Of a stretch of 64,000 nucleotides of DNA, positions 1-14,314 are shown one piece after another. Origin of the DNA: the human T2T-CHM13v2.0 reference genome, Homo sapiens. The stretch's first letter is position 1. Each line of letters begins with the position of its first letter. The stretch lies in the NCBI RefSeq assembly GCF_009914755.1, contig NC_060930.1, one strand, 5' to 3'. The notes under the pieces were generated by a model, which saw nothing but the letters and a program-made list of their open reading frames with translations, did no database searches and was not told the DNA's origin. The translations under genes were made by a program, and so were the position numbers.

Positions 1-267
1 TCTCTCAATAGGGAAAATAAATGAAACAACTAGTTTAGGATACATAGAACTCATAGGCCTACATTTGAAGGCCTTTTATACTTTGATCCTAATCAAACTT
101 TCCCATTTCCTTTTGCTACTATTCTCCTTTAGGAATTCTCATTTATAGCTGAACTGATGTGGATCAGTCTCCTGAATAGGTTTTATATCTTCTAATTTTT
201 GTGTCTCCACTCACACTTTGAATTCTCTTTTTGTCAATCATCAGCCCGGTCTTTCTTTAATGGCAGC

Positions 268-777
268 TGTAGGGGAGAAAAGATTTCTTTTCCTCACACT
301 TCATGAGGTTCAAGGCTGAGATCTCTATAACAAAAGAGAGGTTGACAAGAGAAACACCTAAAAATGTATTTAATATAAATTTTATGTGACACAAAAGCCA
401 TCAGAAATGAAGACTCAAAGAAATGGGAAAATCTGGATTTTTTTTTTTTTTTTGCTTTGGTTTGATAAAGAGTAGATAGTTATGTAGGAAAATTATTGGA
501 CAAAGGGAGGTTATGATCTAATGGCAATAAATCCAGAAAACTTAGCAAGGCCAAATTGTTCAGATTCTTCTTGACCTCCAGGTATAGGGCTGGATCCCTC
601 TGGAATGAGAGTCTTATGACCTCCTTTCTGTGGGGGTAGGTCAGAGAATTCTTTTATGGTCCACTTCAGGGGAGAAAGGTGGGATAAGGTCACAGAGTGA
701 CCTTCCTGCTTCTGTGTCTTCTCAATTTCCTATAGCCAAGTACCATATTTGGGGGTAGCATGTTCTGAGCCTCATCA
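268..777 (-). mobile_element. Solo ERV1 LTR, MER31-like
   Basis: TG...CA termini; minus-strand start TGATGAGGCTCAGAACATGCTACCCCCAAATATGG...GAAGCAGGAAGGTCACTCT; perfect 4-bp TSD CAGC at 264-267 and 778-781. Confidence 0.8.
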
Positions 778-1852
778 CAGCTAAGATCCCATCTGCTCTG
801 TGAAGTTTTTCTTGACCATACAAATTGAAAATAACTTGTCTTGCTTCTGACTTCTTTTGCATTTATGATTTCTACTCTTTTACCACTTGGCATATATTGC
901 CATCCTTTATTTATTCACCTCTTTCCTATCTCCTTGGCTAGATTGTAAACATTAAAAAATAAAAACCTAAAGATTCCTATGTTTTTCATAGCACAGACTA
1001 GAGCTCAGGCCAATGCCAGCTGCTTTCCACTGAATTGTATTCTTATTATCTAGCCTGTGTAGCTGTATGAGTCTGAGGCAAGCTGTTCACAGAACCAATG
1101 GCATTAATCTTGCCTTGATTCTCAATATTGTCCATAAGTTCGAGGGTTAGCTATGCCAACTAGAAAGAGGGCAAAACTCCACATGCTGGATGTTTTCATG
1201 GTGGCATCCATTTCCATGATAGCTTTGGCCTCATATCTCCTGGGACAACTAAAGGGCAGAGCAAGAAAGTTCACTATATACAGACTAGAAAGGGCAACAG
1301 GCATAAAGTGTTTATTGGAAACTTATAGTGAAGTTCCTAGGTGTGAGACATGAGATGAAGGAACTGTATTGTTTCTGCAACCAAAAAGGCTAGTCTTGGC
1401 CTTAGCATTTTTTTCACACCTTTCATACAGTTTTCATTAGTTAGAAGCTGTATTTTGTGACTTGCTTTCTAAAAACAACAATCAAACAAAGAAACACTGA
1501 CAAAAAAAAAATTAAAAACAGCAATAACCAGGCGAGGAAGCAGGACACAGAAAAAATTAAAGCAAAATATGAACACATAAAATAAGGGCAAGCTATCCTA
1601 AACAGAGAGAAGAAAGCTATTGCAAATCTTAGATGTGAGTTGTAGAAGAGCCCATTGTTTCACTGGCGGATTTAGAATAAAATATATACATAGATTTTTA
1701 CATACGGAGCATGTATCTCTGCAATGCCAAAGCATGAGGACAGTCTATTTGAATCTTGGTGATTTGTGATGTTTAACGTCACTTGACACAAAGGTGTTAA
1801 GTGACCTAAAAAAAACAAAAAAAGTGACTATTTCAGTAATACATGCCTGTGA

Positions 1853-2074
<222 letters not shown>

Positions 2075-2889
2075 TGAATACCCACTTAAAGATCAGTTTG
2101 TGTGTTTCTAAATAGTATTGCATACATATGAACTTCTGGGTTTATATGCATACATATAAACTTCAGTTTAATTGTTTGACATTAAAAGCAAAATATCAGA
2201 GCTACAATGCAAATACTTGTATTAACAATTTTTTTAAATCAATTTTATATGAAAAGCTTATGCTTCCATCCAAGTATCTCAAAAGGCATTACAACTATCA
2301 CCAGGGTACTACAACATAGGAATTTCTGTAAAGTTAATTAGTGCCCTACATGGGAGAAATGAGAGACTGAAAGAAGACATACATCTGGTAGTTATCCTTC
2401 TGATCTTACCTATCAATATACGAATACTCTTCAACATGATGATTTCTGGTATCTGGTGTTATATAAATGACTTATGTCACACAAAACACACAAAATTCTC
2501 GCATGAGCTTACTCACTCTTTAAGGCTGAAGACTAATCAATAATCACATTTGTCATTTTCAAGTCCCAGTTTAAACCCAGAAGCGGCACTATTGCATAAA
2601 CTATGAAAGAAGGGTATATTCTTATATAACTTAGTTGTTTATGCCAAACAACTTTAGTTGTTTATACCAATGCTTACAATAAAAATCTAATGGCAAGGCA
2701 TACATAATTTTAAGTTTTCTTATACTGTGTCCTCCAAAAGATAGGTAAAAATCAGTGTTTGTTTAAGCTACTATGTAAAAATATTATTTTTAAATAAGTA
2801 ATCAATATAAAAATTATGACTTCAGACATTTTATATTTTTTATACTAAATCCTTGAAAGATGGTATGTATTTGACATCATGCATATTAA

Positions 2890-2965
2890 TTCAGAGTAGT
2901 CACATTTCAGTCATATTTACTCTGTAGTAGCCAAATGTGGCTAGTGTCTACCTTGTCAGACCTGG
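2890..2965. mobile_element. MER3/MER33-like hAT-Charlie fragment
   Basis: tagtcacatttcag...tagccaaatgtggctagtgtctacc resembles the MER3/MER33 core. Confidence 0.5.
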
Positions 2966-3764
2966 TAGGTATGTGTCATGTTATTTTTGAAAATTATAAA
3001 TGCCTGATGTTTTCTTATTAAATCATTTTTCTACAGACTAAAGTATCACTATAATTAAGGAAATAGCTTAGCAGTGGGGTGATATTTACATTTCATAGGA
3101 AATTACCACCTGCTTTTAATGAGTATTAGTCTAAATGCAGAATTTATAAACAAAAACATCCTCTATCCTTACATGTATGTAGAAAAGCTTTTTCTATTAT
3201 GCTTGTAATTTTTCCATTAATTACTTCAATAGCTTCAAAGCTTGTTTTTGATACTGTAGGGATAAAAGGAAAATTTGATTTTTTTATCCTTAGAAGGTTT
3301 TGTAATACAAATTGAGTGCCTTCATAGAGACTATGAAGAAGAAATGGTTAGCCTAAAGGCATCAACTTTCTGATGGAACAAAAAATACATTTGTTTTCAG
3401 TTTGTGAGAAAAATCACCTACTAGAATTTCAAAATATATCCGTATGAATTTGTTTTAAAAGAAACACTATAGGGAAATTGTACTTCGTTGCATAAAGAGA
3501 TAGTTGAACAGTTCTAGTAGTTTAGTTTTAACTTATGTTTGAGAATTTTTATTGAGAGGAAAATACCTAAATAACTTAAAAATTAAAATATTTTCCTTCA
3601 AAGTGGAGCCAGATTTAAAATAAAATGCAAACTAGAAAAAATTATAAATGTTATATTTTATTACCAGTTTAAAGATGGTGAATCAAACTTTTGAAACTTA
3701 AGACAATGTGATTTTTTAATATTATAATGTATGCTATCCTTTAAATTGTTGTTATGATCATGTG

Positions 3765-3862
3765 AATATTTTTATATAATATATAAAAATATTTATTATA
3801 TAAAAATATATATTATATAAAAATATTTAAATATTATATAAAAATATTTATATATTATAATA
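3765..3862. repeat. Pure A/T low-complexity tract
   Basis: About 95 bp of only A/T with repeated tattatataaaaatat units. Confidence 0.9.
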
Positions 3863-6129
3863 GCTTTCTTTACAATTCTTTGATTTCAGGATGAATGTCT
3901 TATTATTTATTTTCAATAGCACTATTAAATGGTTTTAAGAAAAGTAAATCAGTAGATATCAGCACAATTTTACACTTTTATATATTTACTTCCACAGATA
4001 AATAAGTCCAATGACTAATGTGCCCCTTCATGTATCAGAATCATAAAAATTATTCAATTTTACTTTGGTACAGTCTGTATAGCTATGTGAGTCCCTCTGT
4101 GACTTTACACATCATCTCCCGAAATGAAGTAATCCCTAATTTGTGGCAACTTATGTAAACTATTGAAAGACAGATAAGTACAAAGAATGATGTATTAATT
4201 TCCAAGGTAGAAGCTCTTGGAGAGAATTAACCTCTACAATATGGAAAAAGAGAGAGGATATTAGGAGAATTACAAATTTGCATTCTCTCTTTCTAGCACG
4301 AGTCTATTCCTCTTCTGCTTTTCCCTGTTGAACTGGCAGATGATTTCTTGGAAGGGGAAAAATGTTAAAATGAAAATGGACTGATGAAAAAATGTGTCTA
4401 TTAAAAATCCTGGGCATTATATATAAACCATGGATTCTGAGTTATTTAGAAGAATTTTCCATGCAATTCTCTTTCCTTTGGTATAGTTCTTAAATATAAA
4501 GTAGATATGAAGTTTGTCATTAAAATAAAGGTTTCTTTCAAAATAGATGCAGATTGATTTTGTTTTTACAATTTCCCTTTTGGAAAATTAATATATTTTA
4601 AAATCCTTTCATCATATAACATTGTACCAAAATTTTAAAAAAATACATAAAATATTTTCATTATGTAACATTAATTCTTAATTATAAAATAGCATATGGT
4701 TATTAAAATAAAACCAATTGAGTTCTGTATTAAAATGTGGGCATATTTATGTCTTACATAAGTATTCTTTTTCTTTTCAATTTAAAATTGTAAGCATTTT
4801 CACAAGTCATTAAATGTTTAGGAAAAGAAATTAATAAGCTGTTTCCACCATGAATATAGTCAGCAAATTAAGAGGATTCTAGTTAGAAAAAAGAGAAAAA
4901 AGAATTATAGCCTGGCATTGTGGCATTGGCAACATTCCCTTCAGTCAATTCATGAGATCTCAGTGTTTATGTATCTCTTTTTCTTTTTATCCCCTATAGT
5001 CCCATAAAGAAATGGGATTATCAGCAAAGTTTCTAGTGCTTGGAGCAAGACCTATTATTATCAGTATCATAATCATTTGCCATTGTGTAAGATCATAGTG
5101 CTCAGACTTTGACATCCTTTCTTCATGTTTGAGCTATAAAAGGAAACAGTAAATTGGATTCATAAGAGTTTTTCTAGTTGAGTTAGGATTTTAATTGGCC
5201 TTTGAGATGACTGTTTATCAGTTAAATGACTACTGAATACAAAACCACTTCGCTTGCCATTGTAGTTTCTTTCTCTGCAGTCTAGGGTCATCATATTAAA
5301 GATGTTAATGTTAGTAACTCAGTAAAATTTTTAGTTTCACTTGGTATAAACCCAACCAAGGAACCAACTCACACAGTACTTCCAAGCCTGATCTAGTTAA
5401 GGAGGAAGAAATAAAGCTCAACACTCTTCTTTTACACATGAGGGTTTTCTTTTAACATATGATATCCCACTTTTCTCCATTCCCACACAATGCCATCCAG
5501 TTAGTGCTCTGAACTTCCCAGACATAAACCCCTTATTGTAAAACTCTTTCCATACTCTGCATTCTGTATTGTGTTCCCATCTTTTCATGCTCCTAGAGGT
5601 GTGCAAATACCTTTCAATGAGCGTTACTACTGTTCTTTATTGCAAAATCAGATAACATCTTCCCCAGTCCTCTGACCAGACATTGTCTGCCTTTATGTAG
5701 CACATTTACTATAGGATGAGAATTCACTTTTGAACCAGTGCCAATCAGAGCCCGACAATGGTGATACTTGTTATTGATTTATTGAGTTTACAGCAATTTC
5801 AGGTAAAGACAAACACCTCAGAGTACATTTTAAACAGTCTAGCTATATCCCAGAAATCCTTCCCAGTGGTTCTAATATACATATGCATATTAATACCAAT
5901 GTACCTGTAATCCATTCCGTAGCTTAATTTAATTATCAGTATTTTTTTTCTTGTGCTGATAGATAATACCACATATTTCCTTGATAATATAAATGTATTA
6001 CACAAATCAATAATAATCATATTGATAGACTATATCATTTGGGTTTCTATAGGGATATTACTGTTTTAGAAGTTTAAACCCTGGACACCAACCGCTGTCT
6101 CCATTTCCTTTCACCTCAAAAATCATTAA

Positions 6130-6838
6130 GCACTGTCAATTTTACTGTATCAATATTTTTCTTAACTACATTCATCTTTTCAACCCAGAACTTTATCTTA
6201 GTTATGATCGTTCCCTGGCTTTCCTAATAATCCCCTCACTGAAGTCCTACTCCTAACATCTCTCTCCTACATTCACCTTCTTTCTAGTATGATTTTTTTC
6301 AGAACTTTGCTCATGGCTCCTCATCATTTACTAGGTGTAACTTGAGCTCATTTGCCAAGCCTAAAAAGCCTTCTATGGTCTGGCTCTTTCCAATTTGTCC
6401 AGCCTCATATTTGCTTGCTCCCTGTTCCACCAAGCCACCCTCTCATCTCACCTTTGATGTGTTGTCACTCATCATGTATCACCTATTCCAGCATAGGATA
6501 CTTCATTATTTAAACCACTTACCTTTTTTTGAATGTTTGGCATATTCCTACTCATACTCTAATTTTCAGGTTTTCTGTTACCTTTTAGATTGAATGTGCT
6601 GAGTCCTCCAGATATTTTATATGTGTGGTCCTTTATTTATGCACTTTATGTATAACTCCATGTTGAAAGTTAACTCTAGTGCTTTAGTTTCTTTTTACAT
6701 CACTTTTTCAATAGACTGTTAGCTCTTTTGAAGCAAGAAGTAGATATTGTAATCTTTGAAGTCCCTATACCTAGTTTAATGCCTGGTGTAAAACAGGAGC
6801 TCATAATGAGAGAGTGACTGCCTGATTGAATAAATGCA
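6130..6838 (+). mobile_element. L2 LINE 3' remnant
   Basis: tagactgttagctc...tgcctggtgtaaaacaggagctcataat...tgaataaatg matches the L2 3' end. Confidence 0.7.
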
Positions 6839-7012
6839 TTTGTTAATTTATTTTAATCATATTACATCTGTGTTCTAATCATTAGTTCCTCTAATTTCCC
6901 CAAATATATGTTGGAGAGCATTTTATTTGCCCTCTTGTACTTTATTATCAATATATCTAATCATTTAGAAGATGTAATTAGGCTAGTCTCAATGACAGAA
7001 GCTTAGAAATAC

Positions 7013-7319
7013 TTTTTTTTCTTTTTTTTTTTTTTGAGACAGAGTCTCGCTCTGCCACCCAGGCTGGAGTGCAATGACAGTCTCTGCTCACTGCAACCTC
7101 TGCCTCCCCAGATTGCAGAGATTCTTGCGCCTCAGCCTCCGAGTAGCTGGGATTACAGGCGCACACCACCACGCCTGGCTAATTTTTGTATTTTTGCTAA
7201 AGATGGGTTTTCACCATGTTGGCCAGGCTGGTCTCCAACTCCTGACCTCAAGTGATCCACCCACCTTGGCCTCCCAAAGTGCTGGGATTATTTATAGGTA
7301 TGAGCCACTGCGCTCGGCC
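7013..7319 (-). mobile_element. Full-length AluS
   Basis: Poly-T then reverse Alu dimer; TSD ttagaaatactttt at 7003-7016 and 7321-7334. Confidence 0.95.
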
Positions 7320-7623
7320 ATTAGAAATACTTTTGATTAAATAGTGAAAGTATAGTAAGTTAGAAGAGTAGTTCCCATTCTTTTTACAAAGGAAGAGATA
7401 ATGTTTATGAGAGGTGAGTCTTTATGTGTTTTAATTCTAAAGCCCTAACAGTTATTTCTTTATAATAACAGACCACAGACCCCAGACTTTATAATTTCCT
7501 TTTTTATTTGAGTATCTTAAAATAAAAATGAGCATCTTGTATATACATCTTACAGCAGGAATTTAGCTCATCCACTAAGGTGACACAAGTAATCATTTGT
7601 TACTGTATAAAGATTTACTTGTA

Positions 7624-7776
7624 TAGCTGGGTGTGGTGGGGCAGGCCTGTAGTCAGCTATGTGGGAGGCTGAGGTGGGAGGATCACTTGAGCCTGGGAAG
7701 TTGAGGCTGCAGTGAACAGTGTTCACCCAGCTAAACTCCAACGTAACACCCCGTCTCAAAAAAAAAAAAAAAAAAA
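7624..7776 (+). mobile_element. AluJ right arm / FRAM-like monomer
   Basis: tagctgggtgtggtgg...gaggctgaggtgggaggatcacttgagcctggg...gtctc followed by poly-A. Confidence 0.9.
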
Positions 7777-9135
7777 GCAATGGAAATAGAACCATAGAGA
7801 AATAAAGTATGAACAGAACAGACAGGCTTTTTCATTTACTGCTAGAACAACTGCAAGCCCACCTTTGCTGCTATTTGCTTGTCTTAATTAATTTTAGCTG
7901 TTTTTCTTTAATTCATTTGAAATGAATATAAATATAAGGTTTTGGCAAGTAATGGATCAAACCAACTCAACATTTTTTAAATTGGTGAAGCATTTTGAAA
8001 AAGTTGGCTTCATCTTATATTGCACTAAATCACCAAAATAAAAGAATAAAGAGTAGCAACATAATGAATTGATGAATTAACTTTTTAAAAATCAATTTTA
8101 ATACTGTGTATTGTATGCAGCACACAGGATTTGATACCAGGCACTCAGGATTTGGTAATCAAGACAATACCTCTATTTCATCAAATAACTAAGGGAATTG
8201 ATAAAATCAGAAGATAGTAACTGTTTTTCTGATCACTTCACAATCTTTGTTGATATAACAATTATGTTCAAAATGTGATGTTGATTGCTTCTTAATTTTG
8301 TATTTTTGGATCTTCTTTCCTGTCTTCCTGAAAATTCTTGTTAAAATTTCCTGTTTTCCGTAATCATTTATGATAGCAAGAGACACACATATATTTACCA
8401 AGAATTTAACATAACTTCTTAGTATTTTGTCGAAAAATGTGTAACATTTCACAAAATTTATTAACATAAATGTTATAACTACTAGCCTTATTCTTGTTGT
8501 TACCACAGAAAAAACATTTTGGGGTCCATAATATAATAAAATATGGCAGAAATACTTGTATATTTCAGAGTATGTAATGAAGTCATAAGTACAACATTTG
8601 TTACATTTATATATGCTTGATTTAATGAATGGTAAAAGGACATGGAGCATGGAATGTGAATAACAGAATGGCACTATATTTCTTTATTTTATGTACATAT
8701 TAATCTTCTAAGATGCACTAAGCTACAAGTTAAATCTAAATACAAATAATTGAGATGACCTAAAAACCTCCATTGTTTTATTAACATAGAACATTTCGTC
8801 TAATTGCCTTTTCTCATCGACAGATTAAATAAGCAGCATTTAAGCATCTAAAATTGATGGATATGGAATTTCTATTTTAAGTAATTGTTTTTTACATGAA
8901 AAATGGCAGTTGCAGTGAAGCATTATCTTTATGGTCATATTATTTTTATAGGTCAATTTTCAAACTTTTCACTTGGGAAAAGTAAGGGTAAATCAAGAGA
9001 GATTTTTTCCCCTTCACCCTGAAGAGCAAAATTTATCTTCAAAGCATTGATATAATATTATGTGACACCAACTTATAAAGGATAAATACATTTCTGCACA
9101 CAATTTTCTTCAGTCTCTTATTTTATATTTAAAAA

Positions 9136-9613
9136 TGTAGGGGAGAAAAAAAAAAAACTTTACCTGTCTTAGGTTTGTTCATTGTCTGGGACCTCTGACA
9201 GAAGACAGACTAACATGAAAAAATAACTGAAGTTCATTGTTGTATGCAGCACCTACTCACACTGAAGAACTCAGATGGGAATAGCTCAAGGGGTGGTTAG
9301 AACGTGGACTTATTAGCCTCTTAACAAAGAAAGATATCTTTTTAGAAAAGTGCCAATACAAAGGAAAAGTGATTTAGGCTTTTAGGGGTGGCAAATTGTG
9401 AGCAGATAGATATACACATATAACATTATATAAAAATAAAAAATTATATATATCTAATATGGCACTTGTAGGATCATATGCATATATATGTGACTATATC
9501 ATATATATGTATATGATCATGTACAGATATCATGTGATATGATTATATCATATGTATATGTATATGATCCAACAAGTGGCATATTTTGGGGTGGCATATC
9601 CTGAACTCCTTCA
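9136..9613 (-). mobile_element. ERV1 LTR, MER34-like, internally rearranged
   Basis: Minus-strand start TGAAGGAGTTCAGGATATGCCACCCCAAAATATGCCACTT; other end tgtaggggagaaaa; middle replaced by a TA-rich palindrome. Confidence 0.7.
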
Positions 9614-10770
9614 ACAGCTATATGGTTTTACGTGGATATGACGAATCACCAATGATATGAGGAAGTCTAGCTAGACAGAAATTTGTGACGTTCAGGAAGG
9701 AGGGCCCCTCAAGGACAGTCAATGTCAAGGACACCCAGAAGAGGTGATGCCCAATGCCCTGACAAGAGCATGAAGTCCAACTTTGCAGAGTCTGAGAACT
9801 GACAACATTCTGAGATTTAAGACTCCACATCTGCATCTGGACTGTGGCATCAAGGTAGAATTAATAAAAGCAATGAATGTGACCTTGAAAAACAAAAATG
9901 CCAAGCTGGTTATTGAGGTAACAAGGCATTGAACTTGAGAAAGCAAGTACAGGGCACAAAGTAAAGGAAATACAACATGGTCAAGAAAATAGAGAATGGA
10001 TTATTTCACTGGGGTCGGCACTCAGATTCTAACCTGAGAATGAAGTTAACAGCAAGTTTGACATAATGTTCAATGCTGTAAGTTAAAGGAGTGGATTGGG
10101 AAACAGTGGGATATAAATCTGGGATAATGTTTTTTCACGCTAATTAATTAAAAGATAATTATAAATATTCTACATTTAACATAGAAAATCAAAATAATTA
10201 AAAAGCATCAAATACTGGTTGAAATTATTAAAGAAGAGAGAGTAAGAGATGGAATTGAGGCCTACAAATAAGAAATCTTATTATTCAAATATTCATAATA
10301 TCCTACAGCAAAGTTCTGGCTAAGGAAGTTTATTACTGTAACTATAGTGCACTCTCATCATAGAAGGAAGAGTGGATCTATTTTTAAAATGTATAGAATA
10401 TGTTTTCTGGCTACTAGTTTGCATTCAGGGTAAAAATACACCAAACTAAACTATATGTTGTATTTGGGATGAACTAAGATGGAGTAGACTGGTGGTAATT
10501 ATCAAAGCTATAGGTTTTCCCATATTATTTCAGTTTTATGAATAATCTTTGGAATTTGTTTTTGGCTCCTCCCCCCAAAAATTTAAAACCAATGCCATAT
10601 AAAAAAATACCTTGGCCTCATCCCAGTCTTTAAAATTTGCATTTAGTTGAATACTTACATTTATATATGATTTTATATAAATATAAATAATATAAAATAA
10701 GAGGGAAATATATAAAAATATATAATTCTTATTTATATCTAAATTCATATTATCATATTATCTTAGGTAA

Positions 10771-11170
10771 TATCTTAATACGTTTGTGCTGCTCTGACAG
10801 AATACCTAAGACTAGATAATTAATAAAAAACAGAAATTTATCTCACAATTCTGGTGGCCAAAAAGCCCAGATCAAGGTATTGGCAGGATTGGTGTCTGGT
10901 GAAAGCAACTGTCTGCTTCCAAGACGGCACCCTCTTATATTCTCCAGAGGGGAGGAACACTGTGTCCTCACATGGTGGGAGAAACCAAAGGGCAAGAGAG
11001 TGGTCCTTTCAGCCTGGAGCTCTTTTATAATGTTGCTAATCTCTTTCATGAGTGCTTAATGCAGTGATGATGACTTAATCATCTCTCAAAAGCCACACCT
11101 TTTAATTCTGTTTTATTGGGGATTAAGTTTCAACATGAATTTTGGAAGGGGGCACAGTCAAACCATAGCA
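10771..11170 (-). mobile_element. Solo MaLR LTR (MLT1A/MSTD-like)
   Basis: tgtgctgctctgacagaatacc...ggggattaagtttcaacatgaattttgg...caaaccatagca. Confidence 0.85.
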
Positions 11171-11360
11171 CGCACTTTTGTGAATAGTAAGCAATATTCA
11201 TATTTATCTATTTAATCATATTCATACCTATATTTATCTATGTACTAAACTATACTATTTATACATATCTATATCTATTTACTAGAAAGACAGTGTCACT
11301 GGTCACAGTATTAATAGGATAAGCATTTATAATACATGGACTTGGTACACTCAGTATATG

Positions 11361-11742
11361 CAAATGCTCTTTGACTTATGACAGGATTGCATGTTTATAA
11401 ACCCATCATAAGTTGAAAATATCATAAGTCAGAAATGCACTTAATACACCTAACCTACCTAACATGATAGCTTAGCCTCACCTACCTTAAACATGTTCAG
11501 AATACTTACATTAAGTAAGTATTACTTACCTACATTTGGACAAAATCATTTAACACAAAGCCTATTTTAAAACAAATTGTTGAATCTCTAATGGAATTTA
11601 TTGAATGCTGTACTGAAAGTGAAACACAGAATTGTTGTATGGGTACTTGAAGTACAATTTCTACTTTTTGCATATGGCTTTTGCAACATCATAAAATAAA
11701 AAAAATCACAAGCTGCACCATCGTTAAGTAGGGGATCAATTG
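11361..11742. mobile_element. MER47A-like TcMar-Tigger non-autonomous element
   Basis: aaacccatcataagttgaaaatatcataagtc...tacacctaacctacc...tgtactgaaagtgaaa follows the MER47A consensus end to end. Confidence 0.85.
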
Positions 11743-12719
11743 TGTGTATCAGATTTTGGTATATTTTTGTTATTAAATATTAGCTATAAACTATTAAAAT
11801 ATTAAAAAACAAATGACACACGTAACTGTAGATTGCATCAATTTTAGAATCAATATGTCTGTAAGAAATTTAACAATTTTCCCTGCTGTGATTTATAATG
11901 AACACATTGCAGCTTTTTTTAGTCATGTTCAATTTTAGAGGAATTTTATTTAAAAATAGAGATTCTAAAAACTATCATAAATATAGAACTTGGCATATAA
12001 TAAAATTTATATTATATATAATGCACAATAATCCTACCTCTGATGTTTTAATATAAATATATACCTCAGTAGATATTTCCATTTCTTTTGTTTTAAATTA
12101 CCTACCTCTGGATCCCACCAGTGTAGAATTTCTCCTGCCTAATTGATCCAAAAAAGTACTCAACTCTGTTATTAGAAATAAGAGTATATGCATATATAAA
12201 GAATATGAATTTTAAGGATGTTAGGATGTATACAGTGGCCCTAGGAATAGTGACCCAAACAATGACTTTATACAAATTCTGAGTCTAGCTACCAGCGAAT
12301 GTTACTATTTGTATTTGACATCTAATATAAATAACCTAAATTGTGAATTGTATTTAATGCTTACTGCATTTTACTGCTGTTTCTGCCTTATTAACTCAAG
12401 ACATCATGGGGCAGTTATCATCTTCATTTTATAGATTCAGAAACATAGAATAGGCAGGTTATATATAGAAAGAAAGATCCCTAAACTATTGTCAGAAGCA
12501 AATATAAAAGAATCCTTAAGCATCTAAAGGAAAAAGTTGAGCATGATGAATTAGAAACCAGGAAAAAAAAATTACTTTAGATGTGCAGCCAGATTTTTTG
12601 CTTCATTTTTAACCTTATAGAATTTCACACCAGTTTTGGGTAAGGTGGTAGCTAGTTGGTCTACTAAACCCTGTTATTTCTTTCCTTACAGACTAAACTC
12701 ATACATAGAGGTCACAAGC

Positions 12720-12910
12720 CATATCTGAATCTCATTCCCAAACCTCTCTAATGCTATTACTTTAGGCAAGTTACCTAATCTCTTTGAGCCTCACTCGTCA
12801 AATAGAAATAATAAATTTTAGTGGGTTGTCATAAGGATCAAAAGGGATAATGAATTCACATATAAGATGATGAAAACCTACCTGGCTTTTTATAATTATG
12901 AGTTATATTA
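12720..12910 (+). mobile_element. MIR
   Basis: Core ggcaagttacctaatctctttgagcctca...gggttgtcataagga. Confidence 0.7.
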
Positions 12911-13047
12911 TTGTCTCCTCTTAAAGGCCCTGTGACTTATAACATAGAATTTGACAGAGTGCTTGTGGTTTAATTAACTGATTCATTATTTCAGCATTAA
13001 TTATCATCTGTTGTATGCAAAATCACTGTAGTAGATACTTAGGGTGT

Positions 13048-13049
<2 letters not shown>

Positions 13050-13081
<32 letters not shown>
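13050..13081. repeat. (GT)16 microsatellite
   Basis: Perfect dinucleotide run. Confidence 0.97.
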
Positions 13082-13082
<1 letters not shown>

Positions 13083-14314
13083 GGATACAATCATAAGAAG
13101 CTTTCATACAGAATCTGCTTAAAACTTGAATCCAGTAGTCTTCTTTTTAAAATGAGCCCAATTACAATGATTTAAAATGTGCTATTACAATACATATCCC
13201 TATTTAACAGATATTTAAGTCTAGGTAGAAGTTTATGAAAATGATATGTGTCATTTTTTCTCAATGTCAGATCATTTCGTTTTTAAGTTAAAAAGATGGC
13301 TTGTTGGACACAGAATTAAAGGATGGATTTTTGGTTAGGTTTTTCATGCCTGTAGTAGAAGACTATTAAATATATTCTATTTCCATCTGAGAGCAAGAGT
13401 TTTGTAATCTAAATCACCTAACTCTTGAAAACAGTCTGCTTATTCCTTCCTTTGTAAACTCCTGCTAACAGTATAATATTTCTGAGCCTCAGTTGCCTTA
13501 GCTATTCGATGAAACCAGCCTACATCACAGTGTCACTCTAAAGATTGAATACATAACTCTGGCACCACTTGAAGACAGTGTCTGGCCAGTAGTTGATCCT
13601 CCATAAGTGATATCCATTTGTTTCAAGATAAATGCCCTTTCTTCACTTTAGTGCAGATGCTACTATGTTCTGAGTACAGTTCATCATTCTCAAAGGATCT
13701 TTTGATCCCTGTCTATACAAAAGCGACAACTGAATAAGAATGCAACTGTGTAAATATTTACTTACTTTCAAATTTAAGAGTAGGTAGTTGCTTATTTTAA
13801 TGCTCTGGGTGAGATTAACTAAATGAATGAACATGACATAGCTAGTTTAATATCAAATTGTTGATGCTTTTTTTCGTGACACTATCTGAGTAATTATATT
13901 TACATTAGAAAGGCAAATTTTAAAAAATGTAGCCTATGCAGTTTTGTGATATAAAGGCCTAAGAAATGGTCAAGAATCTACTCTGATGCACTAATTTCCA
14001 AGATATGCTTGGCCAATACTTTTTAAATCCACATTAATAAATCAGAAGAATGTTTCAGACAAAAATGAAATGAAGAGTTTTAGGGTGAATTTTCCTAACG
14101 GATATTAGGAATTCTCCTGCTTTATTATGCAGAGGAAATATTATGTTGATCTTTCATTTGCCTTTCTAAAAGAACTCATACATATTTTATTCATTAATCT
14201 TCAGAATGCCCTGTGACCAAATTGAACCAGAAGGGGAAAGTGAAGTTAGTAAACAGACACAGATGTTGAAATGGTACCAAATCGATCCTTCATAAAAAAC
14301 CTCCTATGTATTGC

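Noticed and set aside
6978-7340. Alu-derived ORFs (also near 37024, 59732, 60165, 62060)
   Set aside because: Typical Alu translation artefacts.
8207-8674. Longest ORF in the track (155 aa, minus)
   Set aside because: Composition dominated by AT-rich codons (F/I/K/Y), no recognisable domain; compatible with chance.
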